DNA of 64,000 nucleotides from Ophelia neglecta (Eukaryota): NCBI GenBank assembly GCA_965285935.1, contig OZ260663.1, positions 85,064,001 to 85,128,000 of the forward strand, read 5' to 3'. Shown piece by piece: positions 13,217 to 23,780 of this stretch (position 1 is its first letter; each line of letters starts with the position of its first letter). The notes under the pieces were generated by a model. It saw only the letters and a program-made list of their open reading frames with translations, ran no database searches and was not told where the DNA came from. The position numbers and the translations under genes were made by a program.

Positions 13217-14383
13217 ATGGCACAGAAATTCTTACCATCAAAAATGACGACAGCAGCTGGAAGAAAAACACGCCCACCCAAAAAAGTAAGAGAAATTATG
13301 GAAGACTCCTTTTGTCAAGCTCTTGATCAAGCCTTACAAGATGTTGTCGATGCAGAGAGAATTATACGAACTGGCATGGCTGGAAAAAGACCCCCCGAAG
13401 CTGTTGATAGAGATTTTTATCATTGGACGGAACTTCGCAATCAAGTAAGAGAACTTTTTGAAGAGTTGCCTGGCTATGTAGGAGCCCAACATGTAGAGCA
13501 GTACAGATGCCTGATTGAGAAAATTTCCCCAATGTTTGAGCAATTACCCAAAGATGTTAGGGCCTATTGCAAGGGGGCTAAGGCCAGTAAGGGAGACCAA
13601 GTAATGCTGTCTGAGCTAAAAAGACAAACAACACAACTTGAAATAGAGATTAACAGAATTCACCAAGAAATCTCCCAAACATTAAGCAGTCTTTCTGTAA
13701 ATCCACCCACAAGTAATGGGGTCATTTCATCAACCCCGAAACCTGGTCCTGAGCATCAAAATGAGCAGCAATGTCCAAGATTCCCAGAAGAACCATCGAT
13801 TATTCCCTCGACTATTCTTGTGACTACCGCGAACCCCACAGAAAATTTGAATACTACTCAATCCATTGACACGGCGGCACAATCATTAGAATCTCATGTA
13901 CCTGTATCCACGCCACCCGAACCGGAAACTTCAGATACTTTGACAAAGCTAGTGGACTTGCTTGAGAGCCGACACAACATAGATAGGCTACCTCACGCTG
14001 AACCTGATATTTTCAAAGGCGATTTGCTGTCTTTCTCCACTTGGTGGAGCGCCTTCGAAACCATGGTTGAATCGAGAGCCCGTACAGACAAAGATAAACT
14101 TTTCTACTTGCACAAGTATACCGGAGGGCATGCTAGAGAAAGTATACAAGGCTTCCTGAATTTATACCACGATCCCACGGCATACCAGCAAGCGAAAAGT
14201 ATAATATTCAACCGATTCGGCGACAAGATAAAGATAGCTGAAGCTTACAGGTCCAGACTAGCTAAATGGTCACGCATAAAGGAGGGCGACGGTACAAGTA
14301 TGCTCAAATACTCAGACTTCCTCTGGCAGTGTTACTCAGCAATGGGAACTCTCACTTACCTGAGCAATCTTAACTCGCAGTAA
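13217..14383 (+). CDS. gag: BEL/Pao gag, N-terminal part (DUF1759-type capsid), ended by an in-frame TAA
   Basis: LPHAEPDIFKGDLLSFSTWWSAFE..KLFYLHKY..AYQQAKSIIFNRFG capsid pattern; same reading frame as the downstream ORF. Confidence 0.9.
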   Translation: MAQKFLPSKMTTAAGRKTRPPKKVREIMEDSFCQALDQALQDVVDAERIIRTGMAGKRPPEAVDRDFYHWTELRNQVRELFEELPGYVGAQHVEQYRCLIEKISPMFEQLPKDVRAYCKGAKASKGDQVMLSELKRQTTQLEIEINRIHQEISQTLSSLSVNPPTSNGVISSTPKPGPEHQNEQQCPRFPEEPSIIPSTILVTTANPTENLNTTQSIDTAAQSLESHVPVSTPPEPETSDTLTKLVDLLESRHNIDRLPHAEPDIFKGDLLSFSTWWSAFETMVESRARTDKDKLFYLHKYTGGHARESIQGFLNLYHDPTAYQQAKSIIFNRFGDKIKIAEAYRSRLAKWSRIKEGDGTSMLKYSDFLWQCYSAMGTLTYLSNLNSQ

Positions 14384-14395
14384 GAAAACGTTAAG

Positions 14396-17300
14396 ATGGC
14401 AACTAAGCTTCCACAGTCAGTCTTGTCGCGTTGGAACAGAGTTGTAGATAAAACACTGTACAGCGGTAGGTCAACAGATCAACCGTGGAACGCACCCTCG
14501 ACAAATGAGTATCCAGATTTCAAGCAGTTTTGTATGTTTGTCTCAGAGGAGGCACGAGTGGCCAATGGTCCATGCAGTACTTCAGATGTACACAGAGACA
14601 ACAGAGATATCAAGAAACATACCAATTTTGGTACAAGTGTTACACAGAACAATGCCCCTCAAACTCCAAATAAACCAAAGTGCCCGTTTTGCAAAAAAGA
14701 CCACTATTTGTACAAATGTGTAGATTTTCTTAAGAATACACCTGATTTCAAGAAGAACTATGCCAAAGAGAAAGGTCTATGTTTTGGGTGTCTGAGACGG
14801 AATCACAGGTACCAGGAATGCAGAATCAAAAACAAAGCACTTATGAAAGAGTTTCAGGCAGGAGAACAGCCGAGTGCCCTGGCATTACATGTGAACACAG
14901 GATCAAGCGCTTTGTACACCATGGTAGTACCCATATGGATTTGGCTCGACAATAGAGAGCATCGCTTGCTAACATATGCAGTCATTGATAGCCAGTCGGA
15001 TTGCTGTTTTATGACGGAGGAGCTGGCATACAATTTACAGGCCCCATCAGAGACTGTGCAGCTGAATCTCGTCACATTGGGCTCGAAGCGAGTAATATCG
15101 AGTAAGCGAGTGGAAGGTATTGTCATCCAAGGCGAAGATCAAACTGAAGAGATCAGATTGACAAAGTGCTATACGAGGAATGACTTGCCTATTAATAGAG
15201 AATGTCTGCCAGATCCTGAAGTTGTGAAATCCTGTCCTCATTTAGCCACAGTGGCAGACTCGCTAAAACCACTACGTGAAGATCTCAACATAGGATTGTT
15301 AATAGGCTACAACTGCCCTCGAGCACTGTTACCACTCGAGTGCATACACGCACCAGAAACAGAGATCTTTGGAGTGAGAACGCCACTCGGATGGACTGTC
15401 ATAGGCAAGCCTGAACACACAGATTCAAAGCCAGAAACATATAACTGCTACAAGACGACAGCGAAAGAGATAAATCACGATGAAATTCGCAAAGCCTTTG
15501 ATTTAGAGTTTGTCAACGCAGACAAGACAGAAGAAAGAAAGATGTCATCAGATGACATGAAGTTCCTTCGCATAGTCGAGCAGGGTATACGTTTGGACGA
15601 CGATGGTCATTTTGAGCTACCGCTTCCAATGAAATATAAACCAACAGATTTGCCAGACAGTCGTCCCTATGCAATTAAATGTCTGATGTATGTAAAGAAA
15701 CGCATGGAAAGAGACACTAACTATGGTGAAATGTACAGAGCCTTCATGAAGAACCTGTTTGATTCTGGTCAGGCTGAGCTAGTTCCAAGCTCAGACAAAA
15801 CACCAACAGGAGAGACATGGTACTGGTCACATCACGGTGTAAAACATCCTCGCAAACCAGACAAAGTGAGGTGTGTGTTTAATGGAAGCGCTGCAATTCA
15901 AGGAGTGGCCCTGAATGAAATACTCCTCACCGGACCTGACTTATTGAACAATCTCGTAGGGGTATTTTGTCGATTCCGGAAGGAGAGAATACCTATAACA
16001 TGTGATGTGGAAGGAATGTTCCATCAAGTCAGGGTGACAGAGGAACATAGAAACTTTATTAGATTCATATGGTTCAAGAATGGAGACACAAATGACATAA
16101 TTCAAGACTTCAGAATGAAAGTACACCTCTTTGGTGCATCTTCAAGTCCGGGCTGTGCAAACTATGCCCTGAAAGAAACGGCCAAAAGATTTGGTTCTAC
16201 ATATGGGGAGGAAGCTGCAGAGTTTGTTGCTTCAGACTTCTATGTCGATGACGGGTTGACCAGTGTTGCAGAGGAAAGCCAAGCAGTTGAGCTAATTAAC
16301 AATAGTCACAACCTCTGCAAGGCAGGAGGATTCAACCTACACAAGTTCACATGTGGAAGTAGAGAGGTCTTGAGCAAAATAAACCCTGAACTCATTTCTA
16401 AAACCATGACGGTAAAGGAAATGGCCCCAGACAACGTAGCCAATGAGAAAGAACTGGGAGTTGAAATTTCCCTCACCGACGATACACTGAGATACAACGT
16501 GACACTGTTAAAGAAACCCAACACACGAAGAGGTTACCTGTCTGCACTTTCTTCGGTGTACGACCCACTGGGTTTGATAGCTCCCGCACTACTAAAAGGT
16601 CGACAGTTGCTACAGTCACTCTGCTCACAGAAATTCGGTTGGGACGAAGAACTCCCTCCAGACCTTAATCAACAGTGGCAAGAGTGGTACACCAGCTTGG
16701 AAAGCCTTAAGGAGATAAAGGTAAACAGGAGTGTCAAAGAAACTGTTGAAGGAGAAATTAGTTGTGAGTTACACATTTTCTGTGACGCAAGCACAACAGG
16801 TTACGGTGCTTGTGGATATCTACTCTTACAAGACGCACATGGAAATGCCGATGTCAGTCTTATGTATGCCAAATCACGGGTAGCCCCGTCTAAGAAAGTC
16901 ACCATACCCCGTCTAGAATTACAGGCAGCTGTTCTTGCAGTGAAAATGGGGACATTTCTTGAAAAGGAACTACAGTACGAGAAGCTGACAATAAGGTACT
17001 GGACAGATTCCATGGTAGTACTTGGGTACATTCTGAACGAAGCTCGTAGGTTCCATGTTTACGTTGCAAATCGTACAGAATTCATACGTTCACTGACAGA
17101 GCCTGAACAATGGGGACACATAGCTACAGAGGATAACCCAGCCGATATTGCTAGTCGAGGCATTCACCCTCCTGACCTAGCTACATCCAAACTGTGGTGG
17201 AAAGGACCAGACGGCCTAGAGACACTCACCAATAGAGCCACCCCAGTTAACCCCAAGATAGATAATAGCGACCCACAACTTAGAAAGGAGCCCACAGTAT

Positions 17301-18862
17301 TGGCCACAGCGACCGAGCCAGACACTCAGATACTCAAGTTCATGTCCTCACAAAATAGCTGGAATGACGCTGTACTAGCCATTTGTGTGTGTCTAGCCTT
17401 TCTGAGACATCTCAGGAGCTATGGACTTGAATATTCTACACTAAAGAGAGACACAGAAGACGCTATTATACGCGCCGCACAACAGAAGTGGTTCCCGGAA
17501 GAAATAAAAACACTGTCTCAAGGTCCTCAGAACTACGACAACAGAAGAATTGCAAAAGATAGAAATATGAGGCTCAAACAGACCTCTAACATGCACAGAT
17601 TGGACCCGTTTGTGGATGACAGGGGACTGTTGAGAACTGGAGGTAGGCTCAAAAGAGCAGATTTAACACCAGAGGAGAAACATCCAATCATAATGCCTTC
17701 GTGCGACCCTGTGACAAAGCTTATCATACAGCATTGTCATCTCCAAGCCAAACATGCAGGCTCCAATTGGACACTAGCCTACTCAAGACAGTTGGGATAC
17801 TGGATACTGAATGGCCGATCTGCGGTCAACAGCTACGTAAGGAAGTGTGTAACATGTAAGCGATACAGAGCTCCCTTTCAGACACAGAAGATGATCGACC
17901 TTCCTAGAGAGAGACTGGAGGCAGCTGCTCCTTTCACACACTCAGCCGTTGATTTGTTTGGCCCCTTTCTGGTTAAAGTCGGAAGAAGCAGGTGCAAAAG
18001 ATGGGGCTGCATATTTGTCTGTTTGTGTAGCCGCGCCATACACCTGGAAGTGGTTGACACTTTGGATGTCTCCAGCTTCATAAACGCCTACAGGCGCTTT
18101 TGCGGACGACGCGGTCCAGTGGTCTCATTGCGATGCGACCAAGGTACGAATTTTATAGGTGCAAACAATGAGCTCAACAAGGAAGCAGATTATATTCCCC
18201 AGGATGAGTTAGAGAGAAAGCTGAAGAATCATGGCTGTGAACTGATCAAGTATAGGTTCAATCCTCCCAAGGCCTCACACATGGCAGGCAGTTGGGAACG
18301 GATGATCCGCACGGTGAGAAACGCCATCTGCTATACTTTGGTGCAGCACGGCGAGAATCTCAGCGATGAAGTATTACGCACCTTACTGGTGGAAGCCGAA
18401 GCAGTGGTGAACTCGCGGCCTATTTCCTACTTGACTACAGATGACCCAACTCAACCACAGCCACTCTCCCCTGCCCAAATACTGAACTTGAAACCACGTA
18501 TATCACCACCACCTCCAGGTAACTTCTCAACTCTGGAGAAGTACAGTGTCAAACGGTGGAGGTGCGTACAATACTTGGCAGAACAATTTTGGCTTCGTTG
18601 GAGGAAGGAGGTCCTGCCAGGTCTGAATACACGAGTTAAGTGGCAGAAACCTCAAGAGAATTTAAAGTGTGGAGATGTCGTTATTCTTCACGAAGAAGGA
18701 GCCTCGCGTGGTGACTGGCCTCTCGGAGTGATCAACGATGTACATCCCAGTGAGGACGGGCTTGTACGAAAAGTAACAGTTCGCGCAAGGGGATTCTTGT
18801 ACCAGCGACCCATACACAAGCTCGTGAAGTTATTCAGCCCAGATGACGAAGGCGATGATTAA
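14396..18862 (+). CDS. pol: BEL/Pao polyprotein remainder: Zn knuckles, protease, RT, RNase H, integrase
   Basis: Knuckles CPFCKKDHYLYKC and CFGCLRRNHRYQEC; protease IDSQS; RT CDVEGMFHQV, FGASSSP, FYVDD; RNase H HIFCDAS, TIPRLEL, WTDS, NPADIASRG; integrase H..H..CVTC, VDLFG, CDQG, WERM. Confidence 0.97.
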   Translation: MATKLPQSVLSRWNRVVDKTLYSGRSTDQPWNAPSTNEYPDFKQFCMFVSEEARVANGPCSTSDVHRDNRDIKKHTNFGTSVTQNNAPQTPNKPKCPFCKKDHYLYKCVDFLKNTPDFKKNYAKEKGLCFGCLRRNHRYQECRIKNKALMKEFQAGEQPSALALHVNTGSSALYTMVVPIWIWLDNREHRLLTYAVIDSQSDCCFMTEELAYNLQAPSETVQLNLVTLGSKRVISSKRVEGIVIQGEDQTEEIRLTKCYTRNDLPINRECLPDPEVVKSCPHLATVADSLKPLREDLNIGLLIGYNCPRALLPLECIHAPETEIFGVRTPLGWTVIGKPEHTDSKPETYNCYKTTAKEINHDEIRKAFDLEFVNADKTEERKMSSDDMKFLRIVEQGIRLDDDGHFELPLPMKYKPTDLPDSRPYAIKCLMYVKKRMERDTNYGEMYRAFMKNLFDSGQAELVPSSDKTPTGETWYWSHHGVKHPRKPDKVRCVFNGSAAIQGVALNEILLTGPDLLNNLVGVFCRFRKERIPITCDVEGMFHQVRVTEEHRNFIRFIWFKNGDTNDIIQDFRMKVHLFGASSSPGCANYALKETAKRFGSTYGEEAAEFVASDFYVDDGLTSVAEESQAVELINNSHNLCKAGGFNLHKFTCGSREVLSKINPELISKTMTVKEMAPDNVANEKELGVEISLTDDTLRYNVTLLKKPNTRRGYLSALSSVYDPLGLIAPALLKGRQLLQSLCSQKFGWDEELPPDLNQQWQEWYTSLESLKEIKVNRSVKETVEGEISCELHIFCDASTTGYGACGYLLLQDAHGNADVSLMYAKSRVAPSKKVTIPRLELQAAVLAVKMGTFLEKELQYEKLTIRYWTDSMVVLGYILNEARRFHVYVANRTEFIRSLTEPEQWGHIATEDNPADIASRGIHPPDLATSKLWWKGPDGLETLTNRATPVNPKIDNSDPQLRKEPTVLATATEPDTQILKFMSSQNSWNDAVLAICVCLAFLRHLRSYGLEYSTLKRDTEDAIIRAAQQKWFPEEIKTLSQGPQNYDNRRIAKDRNMRLKQTSNMHRLDPFVDDRGLLRTGGRLKRADLTPEEKHPIIMPSCDPVTKLIIQHCHLQAKHAGSNWTLAYSRQLGYWILNGRSAVNSYVRKCVTCKRYRAPFQTQKMIDLPRERLEAAAPFTHSAVDLFGPFLVKVGRSRCKRWGCIFVCLCSRAIHLEVVDTLDVSSFINAYRRFCGRRGPVVSLRCDQGTNFIGANNELNKEADYIPQDELERKLKNHGCELIKYRFNPPKASHMAGSWERMIRTVRNAICYTLVQHGENLSDEVLRTLLVEAEAVVNSRPISYLTTDDPTQPQPLSPAQILNLKPRISPPPPGNFSTLEKYSVKRWRCVQYLAEQFWLRWRKEVLPGLNTRVKWQKPQENLKCGDVVILHEEGASRGDWPLGVINDVHPSEDGLVRKVTVRARGFLYQRPIHKLVKLFSPDDEGDD

Positions 18863-19149
18863 GGACACTGATGTATAACGTTAGTTAATATGGTGTGTGA
18901 CCATGCAGTATTAGTTTTATGTCTACTATTTGTGTGCCTAGTGGAGAGCCAAGCGCCCACTAGTAAAGGTCGGGAAGACCTGCTGTATTATTAAGTTGAT
19001 TATTATTACATATAAACATTTAAAAATATTGGTCTATTTACACTTTCACAGGTTACGTTTATGAACATTTTGAGAATTTTCACTTAATACAGTTATTTAG
19101 TACCTTGGAAAAATCTTTCCAGATCATTGTCAAGTTTTTTGGGTAGCCC

Positions 19150-19819
19150 TGTGAAATATGAAGATATCATAAGTAGTATTATTCATTAATTTGTGAACTC
19201 AAGTAGTATTATATTTGTTGATGTTACTGCGGCCTGCGTCGATACCATTTTGTTTGTTGTAAGCAGTTGATAATCATGACGTAGTGACATCGCATTGCTA
19301 ATAAGGTCAAGGCCATTGCGCACATGGGCAGTAGAGGCGGCAAAAAACGATAATGTTTACCGGAGAATTACAAGTAAATGTAGATTTGAACAAGGATGAT
19401 AGCTCCATAGAAGGTAAATACAAGATGTAAAGTAGAGATAAGCAATGTCGACAATGTATAGAGAGTAAAATGTAGTCATGCAACATGCTAAACATAAGTA
19501 AAATGTAACTTTATTCGATAATGACGGATCTACAAGATTTATTGATACAGGCCTAGCCTACATGTACGTGTATTGAATAGACCGTCTACAAGATGTGCCT
19601 GCGTAACTAAGCTGTAAATCGTAAAATATCCATAGTTTGCCTTAAAATAAGACTATTACATTAGCCTAACCAGTATATTAACAACTCTTTATTGTAATTT
19701 ATGAACAGATTGTATAGAAATTGTTTTATTGTTTGATTGTATAGAAATTGTTTTATTAAACTTGCAGTTTTACGTGCTGAAGCCAGAACTCGACTTGCGT
19801 TATATGACATGAACTTACA
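19150..19819 (+). repeat. 3' LTR (670 bp)
   Basis: Identical to the 5' LTR; preceded by a weak polypurine-tract-like TTTTTTGGGTAGCCC. Confidence 0.97.
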
Positions 19820-20483
19820 CAAGGTGACGCTACGGATTGTCCCGGATGGTCCCAGAGAAAACACGGACAAGCAGTGGTTCTTCGTTTTGGCATCTTAACA
19901 GCAAGGTGCAAGCAGCTGGAATGAGAAATAGATAAAAATGCAGATCTATATATGCAGATGATTCTGGTCCGGGGTGGTCCGTGTTGGCACCGGGACGGTC
20001 CGCGTTGGGTCCGGGGCAGTCCGTGTTGGGTCCGGGGCGGTCCTGGACAATCCGTAGCTTATCCGGGATGGTCCGGGGTCGTCCGTGTTAACACCGTGTT
20101 GGGTCCGGGATAGTCCTGGGTCGGTCCGGGATTGTCCGTGGCGCAGCCGTGGTGGTCCGGCCGGCCGGGGTAATCCGTCTTGGCTCCGTGTATATCCGTA
20201 GTGCTGCCGTGTTGAGACCGGGATGGTCCAGGGCGACGATGTTTTTCGACCGTCGGTCATCAGTCTGCATGGGGGCCGTCAAAGCATTTTCACCCCGGAT
20301 CATCCCGGATTGAGGCATCTATTGGTCCGGGGTGTTCCGGGGTTATCCGTGATGGTCCGTGTTGGGTCCGGCTTTGGTGTGACTTATGCTTAAGATGTAA
20401 CATGACCGTGATCAGGCTTCTTGCAGGCCTTCTTGTGGAGCATGGGACCCTTCTCTCTCTTGTACCGTGTCGGTGAACGGTTA

Positions 20484-21272
20484 AGCCCCAGTCCCACAGA
20501 GCTCCCGGTCCATCCCGGTGCTGACACCGTGAAGAACCGTGGAGAACCTTGAGTAAACCGTCACCAATCCGTAGTCAATCCTTGAGTGTCCGGGAGTGTC
20601 CGGGAGTGTCCGGGAGTGTCCGTGAGGGACCGGGATGCTCCCCGGTGGTTTTTGACATGTCAAAAACAGTCGGGGACAACCGGGGACAACCGTGGGTCAC
20701 CGTGAAGAAAACACATCCGTAGTCAATCCTTGGTCAAACCGTAACTCAACCGGGACCACCGTAGCATGACCGTGTTGACCCCGGGAATAAACCTTGGTGC
20801 ACCGTGAAGGACCGGGAAGGGCTAGGAGTAGGAAGTTCTTGCCGGTCGTGTCACGGTGCCAACACGGTGACCCCGATCACACTACGGTCCACCGGGAGGA
20901 CACAAACAGTCTGCACCGGGGAGGACCGTAGTAATACCTTGAAGAACCGTGGCAGCGCCGTGAATACCGTGGTCACACCGTGACTCGCCGGGGCCGACCG
21001 TAGCTAGATCGGGAATTACCGTGGTGCCACCGGCAACAACCTTGAAGACACCGTGTTCTCACCGTAGCATCACCGGGCATTGTCGTGTTAGCACCGTGAT
21101 TAAACGTGAAGGACCGTAACCAAACCGTACTGGGACCGGCTTGTTACTATTTATAGTAACACTTCCACGGTTCATCACGGTGCTCAATATTTTCATCACC
21201 GGGATAAACCGTGGAGATCCGTGGAGATCCTTGAAGGACCGTAGTCACACCGTCGTTTGTGGGACTGGGGCT
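20484..21272. mobile_element. PIF/Harbinger-type MITE (789 bp)
   Basis: Perfect 15-bp TIRs AGCCCCAGTCCCACA / TGTGGGACTGGGGCT; TTA TSD at 20481-20483 and 21273-21275. Confidence 0.9.
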
Positions 21273-21409
21273 TTATGTTGTAAAATAGAAAGTGCATTTT
21301 GCATATCATTATTCCGAGGTGGTGAAGACTTCTTCGGACCTAGCCCTGACTTATTATGCGTTTCTTTCGAAGCCGCAGTATATCATTTTTAATAATGGGC
21401 ATTATATTC

Positions 21410-22745
21410 TAACACACATTTTTGGTTGTTATTTACAACATTGGTTACCTTATTGTCTTGTTAACCTTCAGCTGTAACCGTAGCGGTGTTGAAGATCAGC
21501 ATTAACATATACCAACACACGCGTCTTGGCTCACTACATGAATACATAGAAATGTACATTTGGTCCCCTACAATTTGGTTTCGATAAACGTGTTTTTGAT
21601 GGTTATCGGGCCATCCTCCCTTCTTCCTACTTCTGTTTGGAGCAATGTTATCTTTGTCAAAACTTTGTTTTGCATTCAAACGTGCTCCTGAACAAGATTT
21701 CGCCGATTTGATGCTACTATACTCGAGACGTGACCATTTAGCTATATCTAGTAATTCCCAGTCATTAATGGGTTTGGCGTGTTCTAACAGTAATAACATT
21801 GCGAGTTTGAGGCTTTATGCCCTGATAGACCCATTCAGAAATGCAACCAGTGTTCAGACATCGATATTTATATCGATATTTATTACACGGTATTAGGATT
21901 AGTCATGTGAAACCTACATTTTCTGACCTGTCGCCTCAGCGGCCCACAGGCCACAACCAACAGAGCCGTTACTTTTGAAGATGTTAGTCACTTACATGGA
22001 TTGTTTATTTGTCAGTCGAACCCATAATATTTCTCTGGTTGTAGGGGCCATCAGGTTTTTAGACGAATACTTCATAGAAATCTAAAACCCTATTTCATAT
22101 CGAAATACAGTTTATATGTGATCATTGCATCATAGCTGTGTCAGTCTTCATAGTTTACATACACAGGATGTATGTTATATCAGAAGAGATGTCAAAGTAA
22201 TGGTTGGCTAACAATGGCAAAGTATGCCCTTTAGGCTGTACAATCTCAAAATCCTTGAAAATGGGCAATATTTGCACATGATGGATTAGTAATTAGTAAA
22301 AAATTTCTAACCTGTGTATAAAGAATTTGAACGCAGTACAATTGGCTCTAAATGAGTCGATTTCCAAACGACCGCAGTCGGGAATGATTATTTAACTTGC
22401 AACTCGGACACTCTAAAGGTCTTAAGGGAAGCAGACGCTTGAAGTGAGGTCCTTGGGGGAAAGATTAGCAGCACAATCCCATATGTCCACGACAATGAAG
22501 GATTTATTGCAAAGATGATTGCTAGGTTTGAACTTTTCATCGTGCATTAAACTTATTATTTAGATGGTTGATCCCTACAAACGACAACTGGCAAATGAGA
22601 TGTTTTGTCGATAAGTTTCAAACATACATCTGTTCTTTGTAATAAATACTGATATATCATCATAACTGTCGCGTTAAAGCAGAAGTTGATCAACCTTGAA
22701 TGTTTGGCATGGAGGTCACATTTGCCGATATGATACGTATTGATT
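21410..22745 (-). pseudogene. Copy 2 of the duplicated segment with probable decayed exons
   Basis: Matches 8730-9190 and 10120-10830; protein-like minus-strand frames broken by stops (e.g. GCISEWVYQGIKPQTRNVITVRTRQTH). Confidence 0.4.
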
Positions 22746-23201
22746 TTTGACATTGGCTGTGGCAGAAAATAACAAAATAATCCAGGTTTATTTCAAACTC
22801 GCGAGGCAAACTAGGGCCCGCTCTGATGATTGAGATTCTGATAACGGAATCATGATAATCTTCTTGCAAAATACACCCACACACAAAGGTAACATGTGGC
22901 AAACAATGAACCTATTCAAGATATGGCAAAACACGTTGTATGCATTCGATGGTTTCGCCAGGGTCTCTCATATGGAGCTTCACAAGACATTAGTCAATTT
23001 TTACCATTGATACAATTTATACTTTACACCACAGACAAATGAAAGAAGAATTTTTTGTTCATGTGTATAGGGAAGAAAAAGCCAAACATTGACATTGATT
23101 CACAAAGAGGTTACTCTCGTGCCGGTAATGAATAAATTGTTCGAAAAATTATGATATCGAGACTGAGACCAAAGTTCAATTCGTTCGCGGTTGTATTGTG
23201 C

Positions 23202-23780
23202 AGCCCCAGTCACGCCTAACGCGGATGTGCTACGGAAGGCCCCGGAGGTCCGGAGGCTCATGATCGGTCTGTCGGGGTTGTCCGTGGAGCTGAGAGAAAT
23301 ATCGACGATTACCGTGCCAGTACGGTTGTACTACGGAGAGCATGTATCCCGGACATTCTGCGGTTCTACTACGGTCCAGCCCGGACCGCCGTGGTCACCC
23401 GTAGCGATACCTAGGCTCTCCGTAGTACAACGTTACTGGCAACTTCGTGAGAATGAGCTGAAACCCAATTTTCAGCCATTTTTTTAGCAACCGCCAGGGT
23501 ACCACGTGGTCATCCGGAAACCCGTGGTCGTCCGGAAACAACCGTGGCGACACCGCAGTGTCACCGGGTCGACCGTGGCAGCTCCGCCGTTGTCACCGTA
23601 GCGATACCTTGGTTCTCCGTAGTACATGAAGCGTTACTGGCACGGCGGTCGCCGAAATATATTGCTCTCAGCTCCACGGACAACCCCGGACAGCCCCGGT
23701 CATGAGCCTCTGGACCTCCGGGGCTATCCGTACCAAATCCGTGTTAAGTGTGACCGGGGCTTTAGGTGTGACTGGGCCCT
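23202..23780. mobile_element. Harbinger-like MITE with a doubled right end
   Basis: Left end AGCCCCAGTCACGC; right end GTGTGACCGGGGCT|TTA immediately followed by a second end GGTGTGACTGGGCCC|TAA; left TSD not evident. Confidence 0.7.

Larger units (their letters stand above)
12527..19819 (+). mobile_element. Full-length BEL/Pao (Belpaoviridae) LTR retrotransposon, 7293 bp
   Basis: TG..CA LTRs at 12527-13196 and 19150-19819, identical on manual comparison; 5-bp TSD CAAGG (12522-12526 and 19820-19824); domain order gag-PR-RT-RH-IN; no env. Confidence 0.97.
11981..20390. mobile_element. GC-rich Harbinger-like non-autonomous element split by the BEL/Pao insertion (11981-12526 and 19820-20390)
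   Basis: Imperfect ends AGCTCCATACACACCAA / TTGGTGTGACTTATGCT, each in a TTAA context; internal CCGG/CCGT repeats in inverted arrangement; continuous across the CAAGG target duplication. Confidence 0.6.

Noticed and set aside
13208-13220. TGGTTCGACATGG as a conventional tRNA PBS
   Set aside because: It starts 11 nt from the LTR end, whereas a PBS is normally within about 0-5 nt, and it does not match a tRNA 3' end I recognise. Still needs a formal check.
14381-14395. Programmed gag-pol stop-codon readthrough
   Set aside because: The stop lies inside Gag before the nucleocapsid knuckles, is TAA followed by G (a poor readthrough context), and BEL/Pao elements usually have one ORF. A nonsense mutation is simpler.
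18863-19149. env or an extra ORF in the BEL element
   Set aside because: Only 287 bp, AT-rich, with no ORF.
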